The translations under genes were made by a program, and so were the position numbers. Of a stretch of 64,000 bases of DNA, positions 9,090-18,556 are shown in pieces (the first letter of the stretch is position 1; the number at the start of each line of letters is the position of its first letter). Below the pieces are notes generated by a model. That model searched no databases. It had not been told where the DNA came from and worked only from the letters and a program-made list of their open reading frames with translations. Source of the DNA: Dehalococcoidia bacterium (GTDB lineage Bacteria; Chloroflexota; Dehalococcoidia; Lucifugimonadales; UBA3495); NCBI GenBank assembly GCA_965203985.1, contig CBDBDS010000013.1:517802-581801 (forward strand), given 5' to 3'.

Positions 9090-9165
9090 CCGCTACTCCG
9101 TCGATAATAGGGCACCGGTGCCAGCATCAGTCATAACCCCGACACGCAGCGCAGGAGAGGAGGCG

Positions 9166-9612
9166 ATGACACAGCAATCACGCCGCAGGGCCATAGAAAT
9201 TCTCCTGGTGGAAGACAACCCCGGCGACGCGCGGCTCACCCGCGAAGCCTTCGCCGACGCCAGCGTGTCCAACAACCTGTCCGTGGTGGGCGACGGCGAG
9301 CAGGCCATGGCCTTCCTCAGACGCCAGGGCAACTACTCCGACGCCCCACGGCCCGACCTGATCCTCCTGGACCTGAACCTGCCCCGCAAGAGCGGCCGCG
9401 AGGTGCTGGAAGACGTCAAGACCGACCCGGCCCTGCTATCCATACCCATCGTGGTGATGACCACCTCGGAAGCCGAGGGCGACATCCTCAATTCCTACTA
9501 CCACCACGCCAACGCCTACGTCACCAAGCCCGTCGATCTGGACCGCTTCATCGACGTCGTCAGCAAGATCGAGGGCTTCTGGCTTACCGTCGCCAAGTTG
9601 CCGCCGGAGTGA
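9166..9612 (+). CDS. Response regulator, receiver domain only
   Basis: MTQQSRRRAIEILLVEDNPGDARL..., DLILLDLNLPRKSG, YVTKP. Internal ATG of ORF 8791..9612. Confidence 0.85.
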   Translation: MTQQSRRRAIEILLVEDNPGDARLTREAFADASVSNNLSVVGDGEQAMAFLRRQGNYSDAPRPDLILLDLNLPRKSGREVLEDVKTDPALLSIPIVVMTTSEAEGDILNSYYHHANAYVTKPVDLDRFIDVVSKIEGFWLTVAKLPPE

Positions 9613-9743
9613 TCTCTCAACGCGCCACCCCTGGCGTCGGCAGCGCGCCGCGCCGGTCAGCGGTTGTATTGCCAGGGGTCGCATCACCAGGGCCACAATC
9701 ACGAAACCGCCGTCACGACGTACCACAAAGGAGGCAGAGCGCC

Positions 9744-10238
9744 ATGACTACACGCTCCCCGGAAAACCCAATCGAGGTGCTGCTGGTTGAGGACAATCCC
9801 GCGGACGCCAGGCTGACGGAAGAGATACTGAAGGACTCTAACTACGCGGTGAACCTGTCGTTGGTCGAGGACGGCGAAGCGGCGATGACCTATCTCCGCC
9901 GGCAGGGTGAGTACGCCTACACGCCCCGGCCCGACCTGGTGCTCCTGGACCTGATGCTGCCCCGGAAAAGCGGTCAGGAGGTCCTCGCCGAGATCAACGC
10001 CGACGCCAACCTGCGCAACATACCGGTGATGATCCTCACCGGAACCGCGGCGGAGCAGAGCCTGCTCTGGTCGTTCAACATCTCCCCCGGCCGGTTCTGC
10101 CGTAAGCCCATCGAGGTGCAACGTTTCGACTCGGCCGTGGCCCAGCTCGACTCGCTCAGCGAGCGCCCCCTGGTCATGGCCGCGCCGGTAGCCGTGGAGC
10201 CGCCAAAGAAGCGGTGGTGGTGGCCCTTCGGTGGGTAG
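9744..10238 (+). CDS. Response regulator, receiver domain only
   Basis: AAAGGAGG upstream of ATG 9744. IEVLLVEDNPADARL, DLVLLDLMLPRKSG, CRKP. Confidence 0.8.
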   Translation: MTTRSPENPIEVLLVEDNPADARLTEEILKDSNYAVNLSLVEDGEAAMTYLRRQGEYAYTPRPDLVLLDLMLPRKSGQEVLAEINADANLRNIPVMILTGTAAEQSLLWSFNISPGRFCRKPIEVQRFDSAVAQLDSLSERPLVMAAPVAVEPPKKRWWWPFGG

Positions 10239-10269
10239 GGGGGACCGCTCCCGGTTTCCGGCGGAGAAT

Positions 10270-10381
10270 CGTAAGAAGCAGGATTATCAAGATTTGGGGA
10301 TTATCAGGATTGAAACCGTTCCGTGATGGAGATATCGCAATCCTGCGAAATCATAAAATCCCGTGAATCCTGCTTCTGACG
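10270..10381. repeat. R2 hairpin repeat (112 bp), copy A
   Basis: cgtaagaagcaggatt...aaccgttcc...aatcctgcttctgacg. Terminal 16-bp inverted arms plus internal CAGGAT/ATCCTG words. Alignable end to end with 11725..11836. Confidence 0.8.
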
Positions 10382-10453
10382 ATCCGCGAAACCGGGTACG
10401 CTTGAGCTTGCCGTCGGGTTGACATCCCCGCAGCCGCCGGGCATCGTTGCTAC

Positions 10454-11692
10454 ATGCGCGCGCTGCTGGCCGGCATCTCCGGCGTCAACAAGGACATCGT
10501 CGTCGCCAACCTGCTGGCCCGCCTCCGCGCCCACGGCGAGGTGAGCGCCCCGGACGGCACGGACACCCTCGCCGTCGACCCGGCGGAACTGCTCGCCGCC
10601 GGCATCGAGGACGCGCTGGCCGCCCAGGGCAACGAATTGGCCGGCGTGCTGGCCGCCTTCCGCCCCGCCTACCAGTTGGCCGCGTGGAAGCGGGCCGGCC
10701 AGGCCATCGCGGAACGGATCGAGGCCGCCGACCCGCGCCACAGCCTCATCGCCGCCCACCTGACCTACTACACCAGCGGCCGGCAGTTCTCGCTGATCGA
10801 CCTACCCACCATCCGGCGGTGGCGTCCCGACTGCATCATCACGCTGGTGGACGACATGCTGGACATCCACAGCGCGCTGGCCCAGCGGGACGCCGAGCGG
10901 CACACCAACTTCCGGCTGCGTCTGCGGGAGATCCTGGGCTGGCGCTCCGCCGAAATAGCCATGTCCGACCTGCTAGCCCGCAACCTCTATCCCGAGCGCG
11001 CCGTGCCCCACTACGTGGTCAGCGTCAAGCACCCGGCGGAGATGCTGTACCGCCTCATCTTCGCCCGCCGTCAGTACCCGCTGGTGTACTCCAGCTTCCC
11101 CATCACCGCGATCCGCTACGACCCCGACCTGCGGGCGGTGGTCAACGACATACGCGCCGAGTTGCACCGCCGGTTCATCGTGTTCGATCCGCTGACCCTG
11201 GACGAGGGCACCCCCCAGGTTTTCGAGAAGGCCCAGGCCGCTTGCGCCGACGCCGTGCCGGAGATCACCGTCACCGCCGACGAGGCCCGCTGGCCGCTGG
11301 ACACCGCCGGCGCGCTCGCCGAGGGGCGCGTCGACCCGTATCCCATGACCCTGGACCCGAGGGAGGCGCTGGAGGTGTGGGACGACATGGAGAACCAGGT
11401 GCGCCACCGGGACCTGACCATGGTGGAGCAGGCCCAGTGCGTCGCCGCCTACCGCATCACCATGGGCGGGCGGCTGTCCACCGGCATGTACTCGGAGCTG
11501 ATGTACGCGTCGCACACCGCCGAGCCGGCGCGGCCGGTGCTGATGTACGCCGACCCGTCCGACGGCGGGCTGGACCACCCCTTCCTGCGCAACTTCAACC
11601 ACCGCACCTTCCACGATTTCGAGGCGTGGTTCGACGCCATCCGCCAGATCGCGCCCAGCGCCGAGCCGGATCCCCAGCGGCCGCTTTTCTGA
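10454..11692 (+). CDS. Hypothetical protein: degenerate P-loop-like N-terminal half + nucleoside 2-deoxyribosyltransferase-like C-terminal half
   Basis: 412 aa. N-terminal LLAGISGVNKD and hhhhDD (CIITLVDD). C-terminal PLVYSSFPIT ... RLSTGMYSELMYA resembles the SxGxxxE(I/L)xxA motif of NDT-like folds. Assignment is by eye only. Confidence 0.55.
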   Translation: MRALLAGISGVNKDIVVANLLARLRAHGEVSAPDGTDTLAVDPAELLAAGIEDALAAQGNELAGVLAAFRPAYQLAAWKRAGQAIAERIEAADPRHSLIAAHLTYYTSGRQFSLIDLPTIRRWRPDCIITLVDDMLDIHSALAQRDAERHTNFRLRLREILGWRSAEIAMSDLLARNLYPERAVPHYVVSVKHPAEMLYRLIFARRQYPLVYSSFPITAIRYDPDLRAVVNDIRAELHRRFIVFDPLTLDEGTPQVFEKAQAACADAVPEITVTADEARWPLDTAGALAEGRVDPYPMTLDPREALEVWDDMENQVRHRDLTMVEQAQCVAAYRITMGGRLSTGMYSELMYASHTAEPARPVLMYADPSDGGLDHPFLRNFNHRTFHDFEAWFDAIRQIAPSAEPDPQRPLF

Positions 11693-11724
11693 GCGGCGCT
11701 CGGCAACTGTTTGCAGCGGGATGT

Positions 11725-11836
11725 CGTCAGAAGCAGGATTTTCAAGATTTGGGGATTATCAGGATTGGAACCGTTCTCCGATGGAGATCTACCAATCCTG
11801 CCAAATCGTAAAATCCTGGGAATCCTGCTTCTGACG
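11725..11836. repeat. R2 hairpin repeat (112 bp), copy B
   Basis: cgtcagaagcaggatt...aaccgttct...aatcctgcttctgacg, in direct orientation relative to copy A. Confidence 0.8.
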
Positions 11837-11874
11837 ACTTCGGATAGGGTAAGCCAGCCCACGGGGATCGCACC

Positions 11875-12945
11875 ATGAACGAAGAACTGCGCCGGTTCAT
11901 CAAGGAATCCCTGGAGAGGGGCATCGACCGGGAGACCATCCGCGCCGTGCTGCTGGAAGCGGGGTGGCAGGAGCGGGACGTGCGCAGCGCCCTGGCCGCC
12001 TACGCCGACGTGGACTTCCCGGTGGCGGTGCCCCGGCCGCGTCCCTACCTGCACGCGCGGGAGGCCTTCCTGTACCTGGTCTCCTTCATATCCCTGTACG
12101 TCTTCGCCTTCAGCCTGGGGGCGGTGCTATTCGGGCTGATCGACCACACCTTCCCCGACACGCTGCACCGCTACCGGTCACCGGCATCCGCGGCGGATGC
12201 CACCGCGCTGGCCGCGGTGATCGTCGCTTTCCCGCTGTACCTCTTCCTGATGCGTCGTTTGGCGGTGGCCGTCGCGGCTGATCCGGAGCGCCGGCAGTCC
12301 CTGGTGCGACGGTGGCTGACCTACCTGACCCTGGTGGTCGGCGCGGGTATCATCCTGGGCGACATCATCGCCCTGCTGGCCAGCCTGCTCACCGGCGACC
12401 CGACGGTCAGTTTCTTCCTGAAGGTGGCGGCGGTGCTGCTGATCGTTGCGCCCATCTTCGGCTACTACCTGTGGGATATGCGCCAAGCCGAGGACGAGGC
12501 AGCCGGATCGGCGGCGCGGGCCGCGCCGGTATTGCGCGCGCTGGCGATCGCCGCCGTGGTGGTCGTCGTGGCCACCGTTGGCTACTCGATCTACGTGATC
12601 GGCACGCCTGTCCAGCAACGGCAAATCCGCCTCGACGAGCAGCGCATCGACGACCTGCGCAGCATCTCCCGCAACGTGGACCGTTACTACGAGTTCAACG
12701 GCGCAATGCCCGCCAACCTCTTCGACCTGCAGGGTCCGCAGTACTCCGTCCAGTCCATAGCAGACCCGGACACGGGCCGTCCCTACGGGTACCATCTCGT
12801 CGGCGGCGTGGACTACGAGCTATGCGCGGTGTTCAATGCCGAAAGCCCGGAGCGGCGGGACGAGCGCCGTCCCTTCTCCGAGTCCATCTGGGACCACGGC
12901 CCCGGCCTCACCTGCTTCGCGCTAACGGCGGAGGCGGAGGGCTGA
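11875..12945 (+). CDS. Membrane protein, DUF5671-like
   Basis: N-terminal soluble IKESLERGIDRETIRAVLLEAGWQERDV, followed by several hydrophobic helices. Family call is from memory. Confidence 0.5.
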   Translation: MNEELRRFIKESLERGIDRETIRAVLLEAGWQERDVRSALAAYADVDFPVAVPRPRPYLHAREAFLYLVSFISLYVFAFSLGAVLFGLIDHTFPDTLHRYRSPASAADATALAAVIVAFPLYLFLMRRLAVAVAADPERRQSLVRRWLTYLTLVVGAGIILGDIIALLASLLTGDPTVSFFLKVAAVLLIVAPIFGYYLWDMRQAEDEAAGSAARAAPVLRALAIAAVVVVVATVGYSIYVIGTPVQQRQIRLDEQRIDDLRSISRNVDRYYEFNGAMPANLFDLQGPQYSVQSIADPDTGRPYGYHLVGGVDYELCAVFNAESPERRDERRPFSESIWDHGPGLTCFALTAEAEG

Positions 12946-13022
12946 CGTCGTTCTTTTCGCGAGACCTTACGCGCTGTGTTACATTAAGCACAGTACGGCC
13001 CGCCATATCACTGGATCTTGCA

Positions 13023-13613
13023 ATGACCGCAGACCGCGAACCCACCATGCAAAGCCTGGCTGAAGGGCAGGAGCGTCTCGCTTCACTGCTCGCTGAGTTC
13101 ATGGATGAGCAACGCCAGTTCAACGAGGAGCAACGCCAGTTCAACGCGCGTACCGACCGACGCCTTCGTACGATCCAGGATGATATCGCCGAAGTAAAAG
13201 GCGGCCACGCACGGGTGGAAACCATCCGCCGCGCTGACGTCATCGCCTCTGGGTTGAACTTGATTTACGAGCGCACGCTTGCCGCCGGCGAACTGGAAGA
13301 CATGGTTCGTGAAAACCTCGACATTGGAGTTGCCAGAAATGAACTGCTGAGCTTTACCAAGGCTGACATGGTCATCAAAGCCAAGGACAGCTCGCGCTTG
13401 ACCACTTACATTGCCGTAGAAATCTCCTACACAGCTGACCAACGAGACACGAACCGGGCAATCCGGAACGCAGACCTTCTGACCAAGTTCACCGGGAGGC
13501 CGGCGCACGCAGTGGTTGCCAGCGTAAAGAATGATGATTTCGTGAACAGCACCATTGCAGGCGGTTCGGTGCGTTGGTACGAAATTCCGATGCGTGACCT
13601 CCGCATTGAGTAG
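13023..13613 (+). CDS. Hypothetical protein: N-terminal coiled coil + PD-(D/E)XK-like C-terminal domain
   Basis: Internal ATG of ORF 12312..13613. Repeated EEQRQFN, then ADMVIKAKD...YIAVEISYTADQRDTNRAIRNADLL, resembling nuclease-like cores with an E-x-S/K motif followed by a RAxxRAxLL helix. Confidence 0.5.
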   Translation: MTADREPTMQSLAEGQERLASLLAEFMDEQRQFNEEQRQFNARTDRRLRTIQDDIAEVKGGHARVETIRRADVIASGLNLIYERTLAAGELEDMVRENLDIGVARNELLSFTKADMVIKAKDSSRLTTYIAVEISYTADQRDTNRAIRNADLLTKFTGRPAHAVVASVKNDDFVNSTIAGGSVRWYEIPMRDLRIE

Positions 13614-13623
13614 CCGCACTTGA

Positions 13624-13653
13624 TTGACGCATTCCCGTCGTTTTTCGTAAAAT
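13624..13653 (+). promoter_or_regulatory. Candidate sigma70-type promoter for the Fe-S carrier gene
   Basis: TTGACG (13624-13629), 18-nt spacer, TAAAAT (13648-13653). GGAGGT precedes ATG 13693. Confidence 0.4.
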
Positions 13654-13692
13654 TATCCCATCATCCACTCCCACCGCGGAGGTTACGAAACC

Positions 13693-14049
13693 ATGCCCAT
13701 CACCCAGAACGGCGTCGAACTCACCGTTGAGATTTCGGAAAAGGCCGCCGAGAAGATCAAGTATTTCGCTGACAAGGAAGGCATCACCGACAACATCGGT
13801 CTGCGTGTGGCCGTCAAGGGCGGCGGCTGCTCCGGCCTCACCTACGACCTGACCATCACCGACAAGGAGCGCGAGTCGGACAAGATCGTCGAGCAGTACG
13901 GCGTCAAGGTGATGGTGGACAAGAAGTCCTACATCTACCTGGTCGGCACCCAGCTTGACTTCTCCGACGGGCTGAACGGCAAGGGCTTCGTCTTCGAGAA
14001 CCCCAACGCCAAGAAGGCCTGCGGCTGCGGCACCTCCTTCGCCGTGTAG
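13693..14049 (+). CDS. Iron-sulfur cluster insertion/assembly protein (HesB/IscA/ErpA family)
   Basis: 118 aa: GGGCSGLTY ... CGCGTSFAV C-terminal Cys motif. Confidence 0.9.
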   Translation: MPITQNGVELTVEISEKAAEKIKYFADKEGITDNIGLRVAVKGGGCSGLTYDLTITDKERESDKIVEQYGVKVMVDKKSYIYLVGTQLDFSDGLNGKGFVFENPNAKKACGCGTSFAV

Positions 14050-14080
14050 CCAGCGCATCCGAACCCGATACGACGCGGCG

Positions 14081-14107
14081 CAGGGGCGGGTTGCAGACCC
14101 GCCCCTG
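14081..14107 (+). terminator. GC-rich hairpin downstream of the Fe-S carrier gene
   Basis: caggggcggg-ttgcaga-cccgcccctg, a perfect 10-bp stem followed by ttgcgtat (weak T tract). Confidence 0.4.
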
Positions 14108-14151
14108 TTGCGTATCCGATTGCGCCCGACCCGCCATTGCGCACTCAACCT

Positions 14152-14243
14152 GTCATTGCGAGCGAAGCGCGGCAATCTCGTTGCCAGCGGAACGACTACC
14201 TCCAGCAACGAGATCGCCACGTCGCTACGCTCCTCGCGATGAC
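14152..14243. repeat. R1 palindromic intergenic repeat, full copy 2
   Basis: gtcattgcgagcgaagcgcggcaatctcgt...acgagatcgccacgtcgctacgctcctcgcgatgac. The right arm is partly re-duplicated just downstream (acgctcctcgcgattgaca). Confidence 0.8.
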
Positions 14244-14301
14244 AAAATATACGCTCCTCGCGATTGACAGGACAAACGCGTACCCACCCCGGAGGAACCC
14301 C

Positions 14302-15324
14302 ATGGCCACCACCGCTTTAGACACCCACACCGCCGAGGAATTCCGCGCCGCCACCGAGCGCGCCGCCGTGTACCCCGACGACTCCGGCATCCTGCTCCTC
14401 ACCGGCGAGGACGCTCGCGACCTGCTCAATCGCCTGTCCACCAACCTGATCGACCCGGACGCGCCGGCCGGCGAGGTCGCCGTCACCGTTCTCACCAGCG
14501 ACCGCGGCCGCATCGTGGACCTGGTACACGTCATCCACTGCGGCGACCACCAAGTCATGCTCACCAGCCCGGGCCAGCAGCAGAACGTGATCGATTTCCT
14601 GGACAAGTACACCATCATGGAGGATCTGGAGGTTGAGGACATCACGGACAAGACTTCCATGCTGCGGCTGACCGGTCCCGACGCGGCGAACCTGCTGGCC
14701 CGGGTTTCGGATGACGGCATCCTCGTGGTGGAGCCCCCGACGGACCCGGACGACCCGGAGCGGCCGCCCACCCGCTACCTGCTGGCCGACGATCCCAGCG
14801 ACGCCGCGCGCATCACCGCCGACCTGGAGGCGGCCGGCGTGGCGAGCATCAGCGCGGAAACGGCTGAGGCCCTGCGCATCGCCCAGGCCCGGCCGGCCCA
14901 CGGCGCCGAGATGAGCGACACCTACAACCCGCTGGAGGCAGGCCTCATCGGCGCCATCGACTTCCACAAGGGCTGCTACATCGGCCAGGAGGTCATCGCC
15001 CGCCTGGACACCTACCACAAGGTGCAGAAGTACCTGGTGTCCCTGGATTTCGACGCCGAACAGACCCAGGCCGGCGCGCTGCCCGGGTCTCGCCTGGTCA
15101 ACGACGAGGGTGCGGCCATGGGATTGGTAACCTCGGCGACGGTGGTTCCCGGAGCGGATGGGGCGCACGTCATCGGGTTGGGCTACGTGCGCACGGCGGC
15201 GGTGCAAGTCGGCGGCACGCTGCAGGTGGTCACTGAGGAAGATAACGGCGACGCCGGCATCAACGCGCGCATCACGGCCCAGCCGCTGCTCTTCGGCGCG
15301 GAAAAGCCGGGGCCGGGAAGGTAG
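14302..15324 (+). CDS. YgfZ/GcvT-like folate-binding protein
   Basis: Internal ATG after GGAGG. Conserved FHKGCYIGQEVIARL motif. Confidence 0.8.
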   Translation: MATTALDTHTAEEFRAATERAAVYPDDSGILLLTGEDARDLLNRLSTNLIDPDAPAGEVAVTVLTSDRGRIVDLVHVIHCGDHQVMLTSPGQQQNVIDFLDKYTIMEDLEVEDITDKTSMLRLTGPDAANLLARVSDDGILVVEPPTDPDDPERPPTRYLLADDPSDAARITADLEAAGVASISAETAEALRIAQARPAHGAEMSDTYNPLEAGLIGAIDFHKGCYIGQEVIARLDTYHKVQKYLVSLDFDAEQTQAGALPGSRLVNDEGAAMGLVTSATVVPGADGAHVIGLGYVRTAAVQVGGTLQVVTEEDNGDAGINARITAQPLLFGAEKPGPGR

Positions 15325-15351
15325 CCGTTTTCGCCAGCCGAAGGAGCAAAT

Positions 15352-15615
15352 ATGATCAAGACCATCAAAGCCAAGTTCACCGATGGGGTTCTGGTGCCGT
15401 TGGAACCGCTCAATCTGACCAAGGACGAGGTAGTATCCATCACCATCGACATAAGAAAGGGTTTTGAAGACTGGAAAGATCCAGACTGGATGCCGACTAC
15501 CCAGGACGAAGTACAGGAAGTTGAGGCAGCGGCGGAGGATATGATCAGGTTCGTGTACGGTGCTCGTCACCGTGGCAGCAATTGCGATTGCATCTATTGT
15601 GCGCCAAAGGCGTGA
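15352..15615 (+). CDS. DUF104-type antitoxin-like protein
   Basis: MIKTIKAKFTDGVLVPLEPLNLTKDEVVSITI matches the AF2212/DUF104 pattern. Lies immediately upstream of a PIN gene. Confidence 0.6.
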   Translation: MIKTIKAKFTDGVLVPLEPLNLTKDEVVSITIDIRKGFEDWKDPDWMPTTQDEVQEVEAAAEDMIRFVYGARHRGSNCDCIYCAPKA

Positions 15616-15619
15616 CAGC

Positions 15620-16012
15620 ATGAGCAACCTGCTGGATACCGACTGGGCCATAAATTACCTGAACCGCGTTCCGCGAACGGTGCGCCGCATGGATGAACTA
15701 CGTCCAGAGGGCATCAGCATTAGCATCGTGTCCGTAGCGGAACTATATGAAGGAGTGTTGAACAGCAACAACCCGGCGCATAACGAGAATCGAATGACGG
15801 ATTTCCTGGGCCGGTACCCCGTTATAGGCTTAGATGTTCCCATCTGCCGTATATTCGGCATCGAGCGGGCCAGACTACGCACGGCGGGAACCCTCATCCA
15901 GGACATGGACCTGCTCATCGGCGCAACCGCTCTGCGTCACAACCTCACCCTGCTCACGAACAACCGGCGCCACTTCGAGCGCTTGCAGGGCCTACGCATC
16001 ATATCCATTTGA
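15620..16012 (+). CDS. PIN-domain toxin (VapC-like)
   Basis: LLDTDWAINYL, SIVSVAELYEG, DLLIGATAL, LLTNNRRHF: the PIN acidic residue pattern. Confidence 0.8.
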   Translation: MSNLLDTDWAINYLNRVPRTVRRMDELRPEGISISIVSVAELYEGVLNSNNPAHNENRMTDFLGRYPVIGLDVPICRIFGIERARLRTAGTLIQDMDLLIGATALRHNLTLLTNNRRHFERLQGLRIISI

Positions 16013-16030
16013 ACGCCTCTGACCGCGATC

Positions 16031-17713
16031 ATGGCCTCGCCAACTAACCCCAACACTCCACAGAACTTCGCGCCCCTCACCGAATACCTGGGGCGCTGGC
16101 TTGCTGCCGCTCCCGCGGCAGGGTTGTCCGTCTCCCTCACCGACCGGCGGCGGACCCTCTTCACTGCCGGCGTGGGCTACGCCGACCTCGCCGCGCGGAG
16201 TCCGGTGCTGGCCGGCACAACCTTCCAGATCGGCAGCATTGGCAAGTCCTTTACCGCCCTGGCGCTGTTGCAGTTGGTGCAGGCCGGCCGCCTTGACCTC
16301 AACGCGCCCATCAGCACGCACCTGCCCTGGCTGGCCCTGCCCTCCCGGTACGGCCCGATCACCCTCCGGCACCTGCTGAGCCATACCGCCGGCCTGCCGG
16401 CGGGCACCGACTTTGCCCCCGCGGCCCGCTACGAGGGCTACGCACTGCGGGACACCGAGGTCGCCTGGGAGCCTGGGTCCCGGTTCCGCTACTCCAACAC
16501 CGGCTACAAGCTGCTGGGCTGGCTCCTGGAGGACGTGACCGGACAGGACTACGGCAGTATCATCCGCCAGCGCGTCCTAGAACCCCTGGGGATGCACGCC
16601 AGCCAACCGGTCATCAGCCACGGGGCTTGGCACGGCATGGCCACCGGCTACGTCGATCTGCACGACGACCGTCCGCGCCGCCTGGGCGACTCCCTCATTC
16701 CGGCCCACTGGACGGAATACGCCGTTGGCGACGGCAGCCAGGTCTCCACCGCCGGCGACATGGCCTGCTACGCCCGGCTGTGGCTGAACGGCGGGCGGAG
16801 TGAGTTGGGGCCAATCATATCCGCAGACTTGTACCGTCAGATGACCACACCGGTCATCTCCATGAATCGCGGCCAGCCGGAGGAGGACTATCGTTACGGC
16901 TTCGGCGTGATTTCCCACCGGGCCGATGGGCGCCATTTCATCGGGCACGGCGGCGGCACCGTGGGCTTTCGGTCAATCATGATGACTGACCAAACCGACG
17001 GCCTAGGGGTGGTGATCCTGTGCAACGGCTCCGGGGTGGACCTGTACCCGCCGGCGCGTCATGCCCTCCAGGTAGCGGCCGCGGTACGTGACGGCGAGCC
17101 GATTCCGGAAGCACCTACCCTGTCGGACCCCACCCGCATTGACGACGCTGCCCGCTACGCCGGCCGGTTCGTCCATGAGACCTCCGGCACGGTACTGTTG
17201 GTAATCGCCCGGCGCGACCAGCTTCTCCTGCGTCGACAGAACGGTCCGGCCATCCGGCTGGAACACATCGCTGGCAACACCTTCTGCGTGCCCCACGACG
17301 GATTTGACCCCTTCCCGGTGCGGTTCCGCGCTCTGCGGGGCGCGGGAGACGCGGCACACATGGTTGAGGTCCACCACGGCCCCGATGTGTACATCCGCGA
17401 GGGCGCCGCGCCACTGGCTGAAACGGCGCCGCATCCGCCGGAGTGGGACGCTTTCCCCGGCCACTACCGCAGCCATACCCCCTATCTGACCAGCTTCCGC
17501 GTGATACTGTGGCGGGGACGGCTTTACCTGGCGTGGCCCCACGGCGGCGAGGAGCCGCTGACGCCGCGGGCCGGCGACCCCCTAGCATCGCCGCGCTTTT
17601 ACGTCGGGCCGGCAGACCAACCCTCTGCCGAATGGATCAGGTTCGATACCGTCGTGGGGAGCCGAGCCCTGCGCGCCCAGTGGGCCGGCGGCGGCAGCTT
17701 CTACCGGGTGTAA
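16031..17713 (+). CDS. Serine hydrolase (beta-lactamase/class C-like family)
   Basis: SxxK motif FQIGSIGKSFTA and YxN motif YSNTGY. Confidence 0.8.
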   Translation: MASPTNPNTPQNFAPLTEYLGRWLAAAPAAGLSVSLTDRRRTLFTAGVGYADLAARSPVLAGTTFQIGSIGKSFTALALLQLVQAGRLDLNAPISTHLPWLALPSRYGPITLRHLLSHTAGLPAGTDFAPAARYEGYALRDTEVAWEPGSRFRYSNTGYKLLGWLLEDVTGQDYGSIIRQRVLEPLGMHASQPVISHGAWHGMATGYVDLHDDRPRRLGDSLIPAHWTEYAVGDGSQVSTAGDMACYARLWLNGGRSELGPIISADLYRQMTTPVISMNRGQPEEDYRYGFGVISHRADGRHFIGHGGGTVGFRSIMMTDQTDGLGVVILCNGSGVDLYPPARHALQVAAAVRDGEPIPEAPTLSDPTRIDDAARYAGRFVHETSGTVLLVIARRDQLLLRRQNGPAIRLEHIAGNTFCVPHDGFDPFPVRFRALRGAGDAAHMVEVHHGPDVYIREGAAPLAETAPHPPEWDAFPGHYRSHTPYLTSFRVILWRGRLYLAWPHGGEEPLTPRAGDPLASPRFYVGPADQPSAEWIRFDTVVGSRALRAQWAGGGSFYRV

Positions 17714-17787
17714 CGGCAAGCCGCCCATCCAATCCTCCGCGCGGGTATAATTCCCGCCAACACACGCCCCGCCCGGCGAGGTTCAGC

Positions 17788-18546
17788 ATGACCACCGCCA
17801 AAACTCCCCAGTCCCCAGCGGCCTTCGAATTGCCGGACCCTCCCAAGTCCCAGGACGAAAAGATGACCGCCTCCCAGCACCTCTCCCTCACCGGCGGCGC
17901 TCACTCCTTGGTCGTATATCTAGGCAACCCCCACACCACCATCGTCGGCGCCGACCTCTACATCATCCCCATCCCCACCACCGAACTGACCACCATGGCC
18001 GGCGCAGTCTATCCCGACCTGATGGTGGCCTTCGACGCCGACCCGGCACTCTACCGGGCCCAGAATGGCTACGTCATTTCCGAACAGGGCAAGCCTCCCG
18101 ACTTCGTGCTGGAGGTCGCCTCGCGCTCCACCGGGCGCAGGGACACCGTTGAAAAGCGAGTTCGCTACGCTGAGTTGGGCATCCTGGAGTACTGGAGGTT
18201 CGACGAAACCGGTCGATACCACGGCGCGCGCCTGGCCGGCGACCGACTGGTGGGCGGACGCTACGAGCCCATCCAGATTGACGAATTGCCGGACGGCAGC
18301 CGGCAGGGCCACAGCGCCATCCTGAACGTGGACCTGCGCTGGACCGACGGACAACTGCATTGGCACGACCCGGCAACGGGCGAGCGCATCGCCTCCCTGG
18401 AGTCCGAACGCGAAGCCCTCACCCAGGAACGTGTGGCCCGCGCCCAAGCCGACGCTCGCGCCGCCGCCGAACACGAAGCCCGGACATCAGCCGAAGTCAG
18501 GATCCAGGAATTGGAAAACCAGCTCCGCCAATTGCGCGGCGAATGA
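17788..18546 (+). CDS. Uma2 family endonuclease with C-terminal coiled-coil extension
   Basis: Internal ATG. PDFVLEVASRST core, YAELGILEYWRFD, and an Ala/Glu/Arg-rich C-terminal tail. Confidence 0.8.
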   Translation: MTTAKTPQSPAAFELPDPPKSQDEKMTASQHLSLTGGAHSLVVYLGNPHTTIVGADLYIIPIPTTELTTMAGAVYPDLMVAFDADPALYRAQNGYVISEQGKPPDFVLEVASRSTGRRDTVEKRVRYAELGILEYWRFDETGRYHGARLAGDRLVGGRYEPIQIDELPDGSRQGHSAILNVDLRWTDGQLHWHDPATGERIASLESEREALTQERVARAQADARAAAEHEARTSAEVRIQELENQLRQLRGE

Positions 18547-18556
18547 TCGACGTCAT

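Noticed and set aside
10447-11811. 454-aa plus-strand ORF in an alternative frame of the 10454..11692 gene
   Set aside because: It is extremely Arg/Pro/Gly-rich and runs through the R2 repeat. The 10454 frame has normal composition and structured motifs.
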